A stretch of DNA of 44,958 bases from Thermoanaerobaculia bacterium (GTDB taxonomy: Bacteria; Acidobacteriota; Thermoanaerobaculia; Multivoradales; UBA5704): assembly GCA_044226625.1 (NCBI GenBank), contig JBGAGQ010000056.1:1-44958 (forward strand), written 5' to 3'. The translations under genes and the position numbers were made by a program. The notes under the pieces are model-generated. The model was given only the letters and a program-made list of their open reading frames with translations, did not search any database and was not told the DNA's origin. Shown here piece by piece: positions 1 to 8,675 of this stretch; positions within the stretch are counted from its first letter, which is position 1, and every line of letters starts with the position of its first letter.

Positions 1-609
1 GAACCGGCGTCTCCGAGCGCGCCCGCCGCGCCACCGCCGCCCGCCGTGGCCCAACTCGAAGGTTGGGCGCGCCTCGCTTACGGCTTCGATCTTGCCTGGT
101 TCCGTTCGCCCTGGACGCTCGGCTTCGCCTTGCTTGCCACCATCTCTTGGGCGGCGCTGCTGCTCAAAGCGTGGGGCCCCTTGCGGCGAGCCTTCCCCGC
201 GAGCGTCGCCGCCTGGGAGCTCGCGTTCTCGACCCGGCGGGTGCGTCGGCTCTGGACCGGCTGGACCGCGGGTCTGGCGGAGGAGCGTGCGCGCCGGCTC
301 CTCCGTTTGCAGCTGGGGCTCGATCTCCTGTTCGTCCCCTTCTATGCGCTGCTCGCGTCTGGCCTCTGCTGGTGGACCGCGTTCCGTTTCTCGAACGAAG
401 GGATCGCGGTCGATCTCGCCGCCCTCGCGACGCTCCCTCTGCTCGCCGGGTTCCTGGACCTCGCCGAAGATCTCTTCCTGTTCGCGACCGTCCGCCGAAG
501 CGGTCCGGCCCAGCCCTGACAGGCGCTCGCCGGAGCGGCCGCTTCGCTCAAGTTCGCACTGCTCGCGGTCGTGGCGCTGGGGCTCCTGGGCGCTTGGTTC
601 GTCGCCTGA
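1..609 (+). pseudogene. Membrane protein (possibly 5'-partial) interrupted by an in-frame TGA at 517-519
   Basis: Frame 1 is open from base 1 and has several hydrophobic segments (LGLDLLFVPFYALL, LPLLAGFLDLAED). After TGA 517-519 the same frame continues QALAGAAASLKFALLAVVALGLLGAWFVA to TGA 607-609, which reads as a final TM helix. Confidence 0.6.
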
Positions 610-803
610 GAGGACCCTGACTTTCGTCGGGTTCGCCCACCCCGCTTTCGGCTCCGAAGATCCGTACCCGCGGGGGAGGCGGTCGCCCGGGCCGGATCTC
701 TATCTTTCCCTCGTCGAAAACGAGCTCGTCGAGCCGACGTGGCGACGTGCTTACCCGTTCGCCTTCGGGCGATCCCACTGACGAAGGATTGGAGCTTTTA
801 CCG

Positions 804-2159
804 ATGACATCTCACCGTATTTCCCGGGGCGTGTGGGCCCTGATCGCCGTCCTGCTGCCGTCGCTCGCCGTGCCGTGCTCGGCGGTGAGCCTTCCGTTCG
901 AGCTGAACCTCTTTCCCGAGAGCCTGACCCTGGGCCCAGGAGAGGTCAACGCCGTTCCCCTGTTCATCACCCGCGACCTGTCGAACTGCAGCGTATGCCA
1001 GGACCCCAGTCCGGCCGACCCGCCGATTAGCAGCTGCTGCACCGGCGCGATCACCATCTCGGCGGAAGGTTTCCCTCCCGGTGTCTTCGGCTGCCTCTCG
1101 GACGGGGGGCTCTGCCTGCCGTCCGTCGTTTCCGATCAACCGGACCTGGTGCTCGACGCCGGTTTCGACATCGTGCCTGGCACCTACGAGCTGCTCGTCA
1201 AGGCCACCGCTCAAGACGGTCCGCGGCCCCGCTCTCAAAGCGCCACCGTGAGCCTTACGTTGGTGCCGTTTTCGGTCGCCGTCGCCCGCCAGGTGGAGTT
1301 GCTCGCCGGGGCCGGCGTGGTGCTGCCGCTGTCCGTGGTGCGTATGCAGGGCTTCGACGATCCGGTCGATTTTTCTTTCCACTCGGAGCACGTCGGGCTC
1401 ACGGGCGAGTTCGCGCTGGACCCCGAAACCGGAGATCCGGTCTCCTTGAGCTTGGCGTCGTCCGCGTCGCTTGCCGATGGCATCTACGACGTCACGCTCG
1501 ATGCCGTGTCGGGTGGCCTGAGCCGGTCGATCCGGATCCAGGTCTTCGTCCGCTCGGCGTTCCGGCTCTCGGTCTCCCCGGGCTCGTCGGATACGGTCCC
1601 GGGCAAGTCGGTCACCATCGGGATCGGCGTCCAGCGGGATCCGGAGTTCGTCGCCCCGGTCGCCTTCACGTTCACGACCGGGCATCCGGGAATCTCCGGA
1701 ACCCTGGTGAGCGCCGGAACCGACAAGAAGAACTTGGTCCTCACCGTCCAGCCGAACGTTCCGCCGGGCAGCTACCTGATCGGGATCGCCGCGAGCGGCG
1801 CCGGGATCGCCAAGAGCACCGCAGTGGTCCTGAAGGTTCACCGCTTCCTCCTCCAGCTCGGAGACACGTCCGCCTTGCTCTTTCCTGGGGACGGGCAGGT
1901 CTCGATTCCCGTCACCCTGGTACGGGGAACCGGGTTTACCGATGGGGTGACCTTTTCGCTGACCGGCTTGCCCACGGGAACCGGAATCGGCCGTTCGTTC
2001 GTTCCGGCGTCGACGACCGGTAGCACGTCCTCGTTGCGCCTCTCCGCCAGCCGGCTCGCTCCCGCCGGGGAGTACGTGGCGACGGTTCGCGCGACGTCGG
2101 GCTCGACGGTCGAATCGGCCGTGATCGGAATCGAGGTCCTTCCGGGATTGCTGCCGTAA
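804..2159 (+). CDS. Secreted protein with about four tandem Ig-like beta-sandwich repeats
   Basis: GGAG RBS before ATG 804. Signal peptide (WALIAVLLPSLAVPCSA). Repeats of ~95 aa with the pattern R..F...V.F....G..G...L.L......G.Y...A.SG. Confidence 0.75.
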   Translation: MTSHRISRGVWALIAVLLPSLAVPCSAVSLPFELNLFPESLTLGPGEVNAVPLFITRDLSNCSVCQDPSPADPPISSCCTGAITISAEGFPPGVFGCLSDGGLCLPSVVSDQPDLVLDAGFDIVPGTYELLVKATAQDGPRPRSQSATVSLTLVPFSVAVARQVELLAGAGVVLPLSVVRMQGFDDPVDFSFHSEHVGLTGEFALDPETGDPVSLSLASSASLADGIYDVTLDAVSGGLSRSIRIQVFVRSAFRLSVSPGSSDTVPGKSVTIGIGVQRDPEFVAPVAFTFTTGHPGISGTLVSAGTDKKNLVLTVQPNVPPGSYLIGIAASGAGIAKSTAVVLKVHRFLLQLGDTSALLFPGDGQVSIPVTLVRGTGFTDGVTFSLTGLPTGTGIGRSFVPASTTGSTSSLRLSASRLAPAGEYVATVRATSGSTVESAVIGIEVLPGLLP

Positions 2160-2179
2160 CCGGGAGAACCGAACCCACC

Positions 2180-2210
2180 CGGCGCCCGGACCGCGACGGT
2201 CCGGGCGTCG
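2180..2210 (+). terminator. GC-rich hairpin after the Ig-repeat gene
   Basis: cggcgcccggaccg-cga-cggtccgggcgtcg. No clear U tract. Confidence 0.4.
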
Positions 2211-2344
2211 GGCGCGCCGTGTCGATTCGCCGCTCGAATTCCCGCGGCGAGAAGGGCTTTCCGGGGCCGTGATACGCTTCGCGGCCAGACGCCGCGGTGC
2301 GCGTCCCCATCCCAGGTCCCTTCGAAGAGGCAGGTTTTCTCCAG

Positions 2345-3367
2345 ATGAGTCAAACGATTACCGTTCTCCCCGGCGACGGCATCGGGCCGGAGGTCACGAA
2401 AGCGACGCTGCGGGTGCTCGATGCCGCCAGCGCCGATCTCGAGTACGAATTCCATTCGGCGGGAGCCGAGGCGGTGGCGTCCGACGGCGAGCCGCTTCCC
2501 GAGCGCGTGCTCGAGTCGATCCGCCGCACGCGCGTGGCGCTCAAGGGGCCGATCACCACCCAGGTGGGCAAGGGCTTCCAGTCGGTCAACGTGCAGCTGC
2601 GCCAGAAGCTCGACCTCTACGCGAACCTCCGGCCGACCCGCTCGCTCGAGAGCATCCCGAGCCGGTTCGAGAACGTCGACATCATCGTCGTGCGCGAAAA
2701 CACCGAGGACCTCTATGCCGGCCTCGAGCACACGGTGGTCCCCGGGGTGGTCGAGAGCCTGAAGATCATCACCGAAGTCGCCTCGACCCGGATCGCGCGA
2801 TTCGCCTTCGATTACGCCCGCCGCCACGGCCGCAAGCGCGTGACCGCGGTGCACAAGGCGAACATCATGAAGCTATCGGACGGCCTGTTCCTCTCTTGCT
2901 TCCGCAAGGTGGCGGCCGAGTATCCGGAGATCGCCGCCGACGACAAGATCGTCGACAACATGTGCATGCAGCTGGTGATCCGCCCCGAGGAGCAGGACGT
3001 CCTGCTGCTGCCGAACCTCTACGGCGACATCGTTTCGGACCTTTGCGCCGGTCTGGTCGGTGGCCTGGGGGTCGTTCCGGGCGCGAACCTGGGCCTGGAA
3101 GTGGGCGTGTTCGAGGCGGTGCACGGCAGCGCGCCCGACATCGCGGGCCAGAACCTCGCGAACCCGCTCGCGATGATCCGCTCCGCGATCCTGATGCTCT
3201 GGCACCTGAACAAGGACGAGGCGGCGGCCCGCGTGCGCGGCGCGCTGCGCGACGTGATCGTGCGCCAGAAGATCCGCACCCGCGACCTCGGCGGCGACGC
3301 CTCGACGAGCGAATTCACCGACGCGGTGGTCGCGGCGATCGAGGCGGGATCGCCCACGGCGGCCTGA
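2345..3367 (+). CDS. icd: Isocitrate/isopropylmalate dehydrogenase family, most like NAD-dependent isocitrate dehydrogenase
   Basis: Motifs PGDGIGPEV, ALKGPITT, LRQKLDLYANLRP, VRENTEDLY, VHKANIMK, PNLYGDI and FEAVHGSAPDIAG. Confidence 0.85.
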   Translation: MSQTITVLPGDGIGPEVTKATLRVLDAASADLEYEFHSAGAEAVASDGEPLPERVLESIRRTRVALKGPITTQVGKGFQSVNVQLRQKLDLYANLRPTRSLESIPSRFENVDIIVVRENTEDLYAGLEHTVVPGVVESLKIITEVASTRIARFAFDYARRHGRKRVTAVHKANIMKLSDGLFLSCFRKVAAEYPEIAADDKIVDNMCMQLVIRPEEQDVLLLPNLYGDIVSDLCAGLVGGLGVVPGANLGLEVGVFEAVHGSAPDIAGQNLANPLAMIRSAILMLWHLNKDEAAARVRGALRDVIVRQKIRTRDLGGDASTSEFTDAVVAAIEAGSPTAA

Positions 3368-3407
3368 TCGCCCGGATCGAACCGCAACCGATCGAGAGAG
3401 AGATGCC

Positions 3408-5495
3408 ATGACCGAGCCGGTCTCCTCTTCCCCCATCGTCTCGACGCTCGCCACGGCCTGCCCGTTCGACTGCCCCGACGCCTGCAGCCTGGAGGCGCGG
3501 GTCGAGGACGGCCGGGTGACGAAGCTCGACGGCACCCATCGCAACCCGCTCACCGACGGCTACATCTGCTCCAAGGTGCGCCGTTTCCCCCAGGCGATGT
3601 ACGGGCCCGACCGCCTGCTCTATCCGCTGCGGCGCGTGGGCAAAAAAGGCGAGGGGCGGTTCGAGCGGATCTCGTGGGACGAGGCGCTCCGCGAGATCGT
3701 GAGCCGGGTCGAGACGATCCGCGACCGAGGGGTTCCCGAGGCGATCCTGCCGCTCTGCTACGGCGGCTCGAACGGTCTGCTCACGCACGACGCGGTCGAC
3801 TCGCGCTTCTTTCGCCGGATCGGCGCTTCGCGCCTGGCCCGTACCGTGTGCGCCGCGCCGACCCGTCGGGTCGCGACGGCTCTCTACGGCCGGATGGCCG
3901 GCGTGGCGCCGCAGGATTTCCGTTGCTCTCGGTTGATCATCGTCTGGGGGACCAATCCGTCGGCCTCCGGCATCCACCTCGTGCCGCAGATCCGCGACGC
4001 GCGGGCGGCCGGCGCGAAGCTGGTGGTCATCGATCCTCGGCGGACGCCGCTCGCCAAGCAAGCCGATCTTCATTTGCAGGTTCGGCCGGGCACCGATCTC
4101 GCCGTGGCGCTCGCGATCCATCGCCATCTGTTCACGACGGGGGCGGCCGATCTCGACTTCTTGCGATCCGCCACCGACGGCTGGGAAGAGCTCGAGCGCC
4201 GGTCGAGCGGTTGGACCTTCGAGCGGGCGGCGGAGGTCTCCGGCGTCGCGGCCTCGGACATCGAGCGCCTCGCCGTTTGGTATGCCGAGATCTCGCCCGC
4301 GGTCGTCCGCGTCGGTTGGGGGAGCGAGCGGAACCGTAACGGCGGCTCGGCGACCGCGGCCGTGATGGCGCTTCCCGCCGTGGGCGGAAAGTTCGGCGTC
4401 CGCGGCGGAGGCTATCTCCAGAGCAACTCGGGGATCTGGAACCAACAGCTGGACGGCGCGGGGACCATCGCCGAGCCCGAGGCCGCGACCCGGTTGATCA
4501 ACATGAATTTGATCGGCGAGACGCTGCTCGAGGCGAAGCCGGCGGTCGAGCTGCTGTTCGTCTACAACTGCAATCCGGCGATGACGCTACCGAACCAGGA
4601 GAAGGTGCTCGCCGGGTTCGCGCGGGAGGACCTGTTCACGGTCGTCTTCGATCCGTTCCTTACCGACTCCGCGCTCTGGGCGGATCTCGCGCTGCCCGCC
4701 ACGAGCTTCCTCGAGCATTCGGAGCTGGTTCGCGGGTACGGCGCCATGCTGCTCCAGGATGCCCCTCCGGTGGCCGACCGGGTGGGCGAGGCGCGGCCGA
4801 ACTACGAGGTGTTCGGCGAGCTGATCGAGCGGCTCGGCCTGACGAAGCCGGGCGACGCGGTCGAGGCCGGCGACGTACGACGGCGGCTGATCGGCTCGGG
4901 CAACGAGACCGCCGACGCGCTCGACCGCGACGGCGTCGCGTTCCCGGCGTTCGGGCAAGGCCCGATCCACGAAGGACCGACGCGGGTCGGGCCGATCCAC
5001 GAAGGACCGACGCAGGTCGGTCCGATCCAAATGCTCGACGAGCTGCCGCGCACCCCCGACCGGAAGATCCATCTCTGTCCCGCGGATCTCGACCAAGAGG
5101 CACCGGAGGGGCTGTACGCCTTCCGCGAGAATCCCTCGAACCCGGGCTTCCCGCTCACGCTCCTCTCGCCCGCGACCTCGAAGACGATCAGCGCAAGCCT
5201 CGGCCAGCTGGTCAAGCAGCCGGCCGCGGTCGACCTGCATCCGATCGACGCAGACGCTCGTGGATTGCGCCACGGCGATCCCGTCCGCGTCTGGAACGAG
5301 CTCGGGGAAGTTCACTGCCTCTTGCGCGTGACGGACGACGTACGGCCGGGCGTCGCCTCGCTCACCAAGGGCTTCTGGGCGCGCCACACGGCGAACGGCC
5401 GGACCGCCAACGCGCTCGCCCCCGATTCGCTCACCGACCTCGGGGCGGGCGCCTGTTTCAACGACGCGCGCGTGGAGGTCGCCGCGCGGGCCTGA
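3408..5495 (+). CDS. Molybdopterin-dependent oxidoreductase (DMSO reductase superfamily, N-terminal Fe-S cluster, no Tat signal)
   Basis: CPFDCPDAC...C, DRLLYPLRRVG, ISWDEAL, VIDPRRT, ADLALPA, and a C-terminal HPIDADARGL...GD.V.V.N molybdopterin dinucleotide-binding domain. Confidence 0.9.
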   Translation: MTEPVSSSPIVSTLATACPFDCPDACSLEARVEDGRVTKLDGTHRNPLTDGYICSKVRRFPQAMYGPDRLLYPLRRVGKKGEGRFERISWDEALREIVSRVETIRDRGVPEAILPLCYGGSNGLLTHDAVDSRFFRRIGASRLARTVCAAPTRRVATALYGRMAGVAPQDFRCSRLIIVWGTNPSASGIHLVPQIRDARAAGAKLVVIDPRRTPLAKQADLHLQVRPGTDLAVALAIHRHLFTTGAADLDFLRSATDGWEELERRSSGWTFERAAEVSGVAASDIERLAVWYAEISPAVVRVGWGSERNRNGGSATAAVMALPAVGGKFGVRGGGYLQSNSGIWNQQLDGAGTIAEPEAATRLINMNLIGETLLEAKPAVELLFVYNCNPAMTLPNQEKVLAGFAREDLFTVVFDPFLTDSALWADLALPATSFLEHSELVRGYGAMLLQDAPPVADRVGEARPNYEVFGELIERLGLTKPGDAVEAGDVRRRLIGSGNETADALDRDGVAFPAFGQGPIHEGPTRVGPIHEGPTQVGPIQMLDELPRTPDRKIHLCPADLDQEAPEGLYAFRENPSNPGFPLTLLSPATSKTISASLGQLVKQPAAVDLHPIDADARGLRHGDPVRVWNELGEVHCLLRVTDDVRPGVASLTKGFWARHTANGRTANALAPDSLTDLGAGACFNDARVEVAARA
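4959..5029 (+). repeat. In-frame 30-bp tandem repeat, about 2.3 copies
   Basis: ggcccgatccacgaaggaccgacgcgggtc / gggccgatccacgaaggaccgacgcaggtc / ggtccgatcca, encoding GPIHEGPTRV GPIHEGPTQV GPIQ. Confidence 0.95.
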
Positions 5496-5730
5496 GCTTT
5501 CGACCCTTGGGCCAGGAAGATGACTTCAGCGGGAGAAGCTCGTCAACCGCTTCGGCTGTCTTGGAATCTACCGCTTCGAGCCGATCGAAGAATCCCGGGG
5601 ACCACTCGGTCGACTGGACCTCTCGTTCTAGCGCTCTGACGATCAGGCGGTTGCGGCTGACTCGTAGGGCTCGCGAGCGATCGTCGATCTGGTCGAGCAG
5701 GGGCTTTGGAATGTGGATGCTGGTCGGCAT
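5458..5730 (-). CDS. CopG/ribbon-helix-helix antitoxin-like protein, C-terminus possibly truncated
   Basis: MPTSIHIPKPLLDQIDDRSRALRVSRNRLIVRALE fits the RHH pattern, followed by WSPGFFDRL. The 3' end overlaps the oxidoreductase stop. Confidence 0.7.
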   Translation of the reverse strand: MPTSIHIPKPLLDQIDDRSRALRVSRNRLIVRALEREVQSTEWSPGFFDRLEAVDSKTAEAVDELLPLKSSSWPKGRKLRPARRPPRARR

Positions 5731-5819
5731 ATTCGTTTGACGAGTGTAGGCGAGGTGACGGCCCGTTCCGCAACGAGCCCCAGGATGCCCCCCTCCGCCG
5801 CGGTAGACTCGCAATCGCC

Positions 5820-7202
5820 GTGGCCACCCTCTTCGACGACCAAGAACCCGTTCGCAGCCCTTCAAAGGCCGACGAGCCCGCGCCCGGGGCGCCGCTGCCC
5901 GAGCGGATGCGGCCGCGCACGCTCGACGAGATCGTGGGGCAGGAGGCGGTGGTGGGACCGGGCGGATTTCTGCGCCGGGCGATCGAGGCGGATCGGGTTC
6001 CGTCGCTCGTCTTCTGGGGGCCTCCGGGGTGCGGCAAGACGACGCTTGCGCGGGTGATCGCCGCCGCCACGTCGTCGCGCTTCGTGCCGTTTTCCGCCGT
6101 CACCTCCGGGATCAAAGAGGTCAAAGAGGTGATGGCCGAGGCGGCGGAGCACCGGCGCCGGACGGGCAAGCGCACGCTCCTGTTCGTCGACGAGATCCAT
6201 CGCTTCAACCGCGCGCAGCAGGACGCCTTCCTTCCTTACGTCGAGCGCGGCGACATCGTGCTGGTCGGCGCGACGACCGAGAATCCTTCGTTCGAAATCA
6301 ACGCCGCGCTTCTCTCCCGCTCGCGGGTCGTGGTGCTCGAGCCGCTCGGCGTGCCGGCGCTCGCCGGCCTTCTGCGCCGAGCGCTCGAGGATCCCGAGCG
6401 CGGGCTCGGCCATCTCGGTCTCGGCGCCGACGACGAGGCACTCGAAGGACTCGCCCAGCTCGCCTCGGGCGACGCGCGGAAAGCGCTCAACCTGCTCGAG
6501 CTCGCGGCGGCGGATGCGATGGACGAAGGGCTTCCGGCGCTCACCGCGGAATCGATCCGGCGCGTTGCCCAGCGCAAGGTGCTGCTGTACGACAAATCGG
6601 GTGAAGAGCACTTCAATCTGATCTCGGCGCTCCACAAGTCGCTCCGGGAGAGCGACCCGGATGCCGCGCTCTATTGGCTCTATCGGATGCTGGAGGCGGG
6701 GGAAGATCCGCTCTACGTCGCGCGGCGGATGATCCGTTTCGCGAGCGAAGACGTGGGGCTCGCCGATCCGAACGCCCTCGTCCAGACGCTCGCGGCGGCC
6801 GACGCCTACCACCGGCTCGGCAGCCCGGAAGGGGAGCTCGCGCTCGGCCAAGCCTGCCTCTACCTCGCGCTCGCGCCGAAGAGCAACGCGGCCTACGCCG
6901 CGGCCGGCCGGGTCCGCAAGACGATAGCGGACCGCCCCGCCGAGCCCGTTCCGCCGGTGATCCGCAACGCCCCAACCCGCCTGATGGCCGGGCTCGGCTA
7001 CGGCAAGGGATACGTCTATGCCCCCGAGACGGAAGAGGGCGTCGGTGGCATCGATTGCCTCCCCGAGGCGCTCCAGGGAACTCGCTTCTACCAACCGAAA
7101 GGCGACGGCTTCGAGGCCCGGTTGAAAGAGCGGCTGGAGAGGCTGAGGGCGCTCCGAGGGACGGTCAAAAAGAAACGCGGCACGAGAACGCCAGAGGCCT
7201 AG
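5820..7202 (+). CDS. rarA: Replication-associated recombination protein A (RarA/MgsA AAA+ ATPase)
   Basis: PLPERMRP, WGPPGCGKTT, LFVDEIHRFN, GATTENPSF, ISALHKSLR, ASEDVGLADP and APKSNA. GTG 5820 chosen as start. Confidence 0.95.
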   Translation: MATLFDDQEPVRSPSKADEPAPGAPLPERMRPRTLDEIVGQEAVVGPGGFLRRAIEADRVPSLVFWGPPGCGKTTLARVIAAATSSRFVPFSAVTSGIKEVKEVMAEAAEHRRRTGKRTLLFVDEIHRFNRAQQDAFLPYVERGDIVLVGATTENPSFEINAALLSRSRVVVLEPLGVPALAGLLRRALEDPERGLGHLGLGADDEALEGLAQLASGDARKALNLLELAAADAMDEGLPALTAESIRRVAQRKVLLYDKSGEEHFNLISALHKSLRESDPDAALYWLYRMLEAGEDPLYVARRMIRFASEDVGLADPNALVQTLAAADAYHRLGSPEGELALGQACLYLALAPKSNAAYAAAGRVRKTIADRPAEPVPPVIRNAPTRLMAGLGYGKGYVYAPETEEGVGGIDCLPEALQGTRFYQPKGDGFEARLKERLERLRALRGTVKKKRGTRTPEA

Positions 7203-7250
7203 CGGCGCGAGGAGCCGGAGAAGCATCGTTATCTGATTGGAGTTGGGACG

Positions 7251-7550
7251 ATGAGACAGACTAAGCCGCCGGTAAAACTCCTACCTTTCGATGCCGCGCG
7301 CTACCTCACCGACGACGCGGCCATCGCCGAGTACATGACCGCTGTTCTGGAATCGGGCGATCCCGACCTACTCGTCCTTGCCCTGGGTGACGTGGCGCGC
7401 GCGCGAGGGATGGCGCAGGTCGCCAAGGACTCCGGCCTTGGGCGGGAGAGCCTCTACAAGGCTTTGGCTCCCGGTGCCAAACCTCGCTTCGACACCATCC
7501 TCAAGGTCGCCCGCGCGCTCGGCATCCAGTTGACTGCCCGGGTGGCTTGA
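7251..7550 (+). CDS. Putative addiction-module antidote protein (HI1420-type HTH antitoxin)
   Basis: FDAARYL...IAEY...ALGDVARARGMAQVAKDSGLGRESLYKAL..GAKPRFDTILKV. Confidence 0.9.
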   Translation: MRQTKPPVKLLPFDAARYLTDDAAIAEYMTAVLESGDPDLLVLALGDVARARGMAQVAKDSGLGRESLYKALAPGAKPRFDTILKVARALGIQLTARVA

Positions 7551-7678
7551 ACGACACACCAATCTAGGCTTCCGGGTTTGGTCTCTCGCGCTCGCCTTTA
7601 GAGGCGCAGGAAGCTCCGGAAACCCCACCGAGCCGATGCCGGCCGTAGCGCCGAAGGGATCATCCGGCCCGGATCGGC

Positions 7679-7702
7679 TATCATTCGCCGCAGTGCGGCG
7701 AA
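7679..7702 (+). promoter_or_regulatory. -10-like box (TATCAT) abutting a perfect dyad, candidate PhaR operator upstream of the ATPase pair
   Basis: TATCAT at 7679-7684. TTCGCCGCA-G-TGCGGCGAA at 7684-7702, whose core resembles the two boxes upstream of phaR. Confidence 0.55.
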
Positions 7703-7754
7703 CGGGCCTCGCCCGAGCTGTGCTCTCCCATCCTTACCCTCAGCCAACCCGACC

Positions 7755-8675
7755 ATGCCGACCTCTCTCGCGTCTCGCCAACTGATCGTCGTCACCGGCA
7801 AAGGGGGCGTGGGGAAGACCTCCGTCTCCGCGTTGATCGGGAGCGCGCTCGCCGCGTCGGGGCGTCGGACGCTGGTCGCCGAGGTGGATCCGCGAGAGAA
7901 CCTGCACCGGATGCTCGGTGTGCCTCCTTCCGGTGGCGAGATCCTGCGGGCGGGCTCGAAGCTGTGGGTCCAGAATCTGAATCCTCAGCGGGTGATCGAT
8001 CAGCTCGTGCGCGAGCAGCTCAAGTTTGACCTGATCGCGAATCGCGTGCTGGAGAGTCCGATCTATCAGCACTTTACGGCCGGGGCGCCGGGCCTCAAAG
8101 AGATGGCGGTGCTCGGCCACGCGTTGCGCGTACTGCAAGGCGATGCGGGGGAGGCGGCCAAGGCCCCGCCAATCGATTCGGTGATTCTCGACGCGCCGGC
8201 GACCGGCCATGGCGTGGCGCTGCTTGCCGCGCCGCAGCTGGTCTCCGAGGCGGTGCGCTCGGGCCCGATCCACCGCATGTCGAAAGAGGTCGCCGAGCTG
8301 ATCGCCGATCCGGACCGCTCCGGCGTGGTCGCCGTGACGCTCGCCGAGGAGATGCCGGTGCAGGAGGTCTTGGAGCTGGCCGAGACCCTCCGCACGCGGG
8401 TCGGCCGGACGCCTGAGCTGCTGGTGACGAACGGGCTCTTCCCGCCCCTGCCGGAGGGTGAAGCCGCGTCGCCCGTTCCCGCCTCGGACCCCGCGGGTCA
8501 CCTCTGGCGCCACCGCCGGGCGAGCCAGGAGCGCGAGCTCGGGCGGCTCGCCGCCGATTGGCCGGGCCCGCGGCTGGATCTCTCGCTGCAGGCGCTGTCG
8601 GGAGGACCGGCCATGGTCTCCGAGCTGCGCGCCGAGGCGGAGGCGCAGAGCGCCTGGGAGACCTTGTGGAGTTGA
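7755..8675 (+). CDS. ArsA/Get3-related P-loop ATPase (first of pair)
   Basis: VTGKGGVGKT, GAPGLKE, ILDAPATGH and VTLAEEMPVQE. Resembles the first member of the Rv3679/Rv3680-type pair. Confidence 0.85.
   Translation: MPTSLASRQLIVVTGKGGVGKTSVSALIGSALAASGRRTLVAEVDPRENLHRMLGVPPSGGEILRAGSKLWVQNLNPQRVIDQLVREQLKFDLIANRVLESPIYQHFTAGAPGLKEMAVLGHALRVLQGDAGEAAKAPPIDSVILDAPATGHGVALLAAPQLVSEAVRSGPIHRMSKEVAELIADPDRSGVVAVTLAEEMPVQEVLELAETLRTRVGRTPELLVTNGLFPPLPEGEAASPVPASDPAGHLWRHRRASQERELGRLAADWPGPRLDLSLQALSGGPAMVSELRAEAEAQSAWETLWS

Noticed and set aside
517-519. Selenocysteine or genetic-code reassignment of TGA
   Set aside because: The context is a membrane loop, not a redox motif, and many intact genes in the window end in TGA.
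610-800. Possible small gene or remnant between the first two genes
   Set aside because: Short ORFs on both strands lack a convincing start or recognisable motif.
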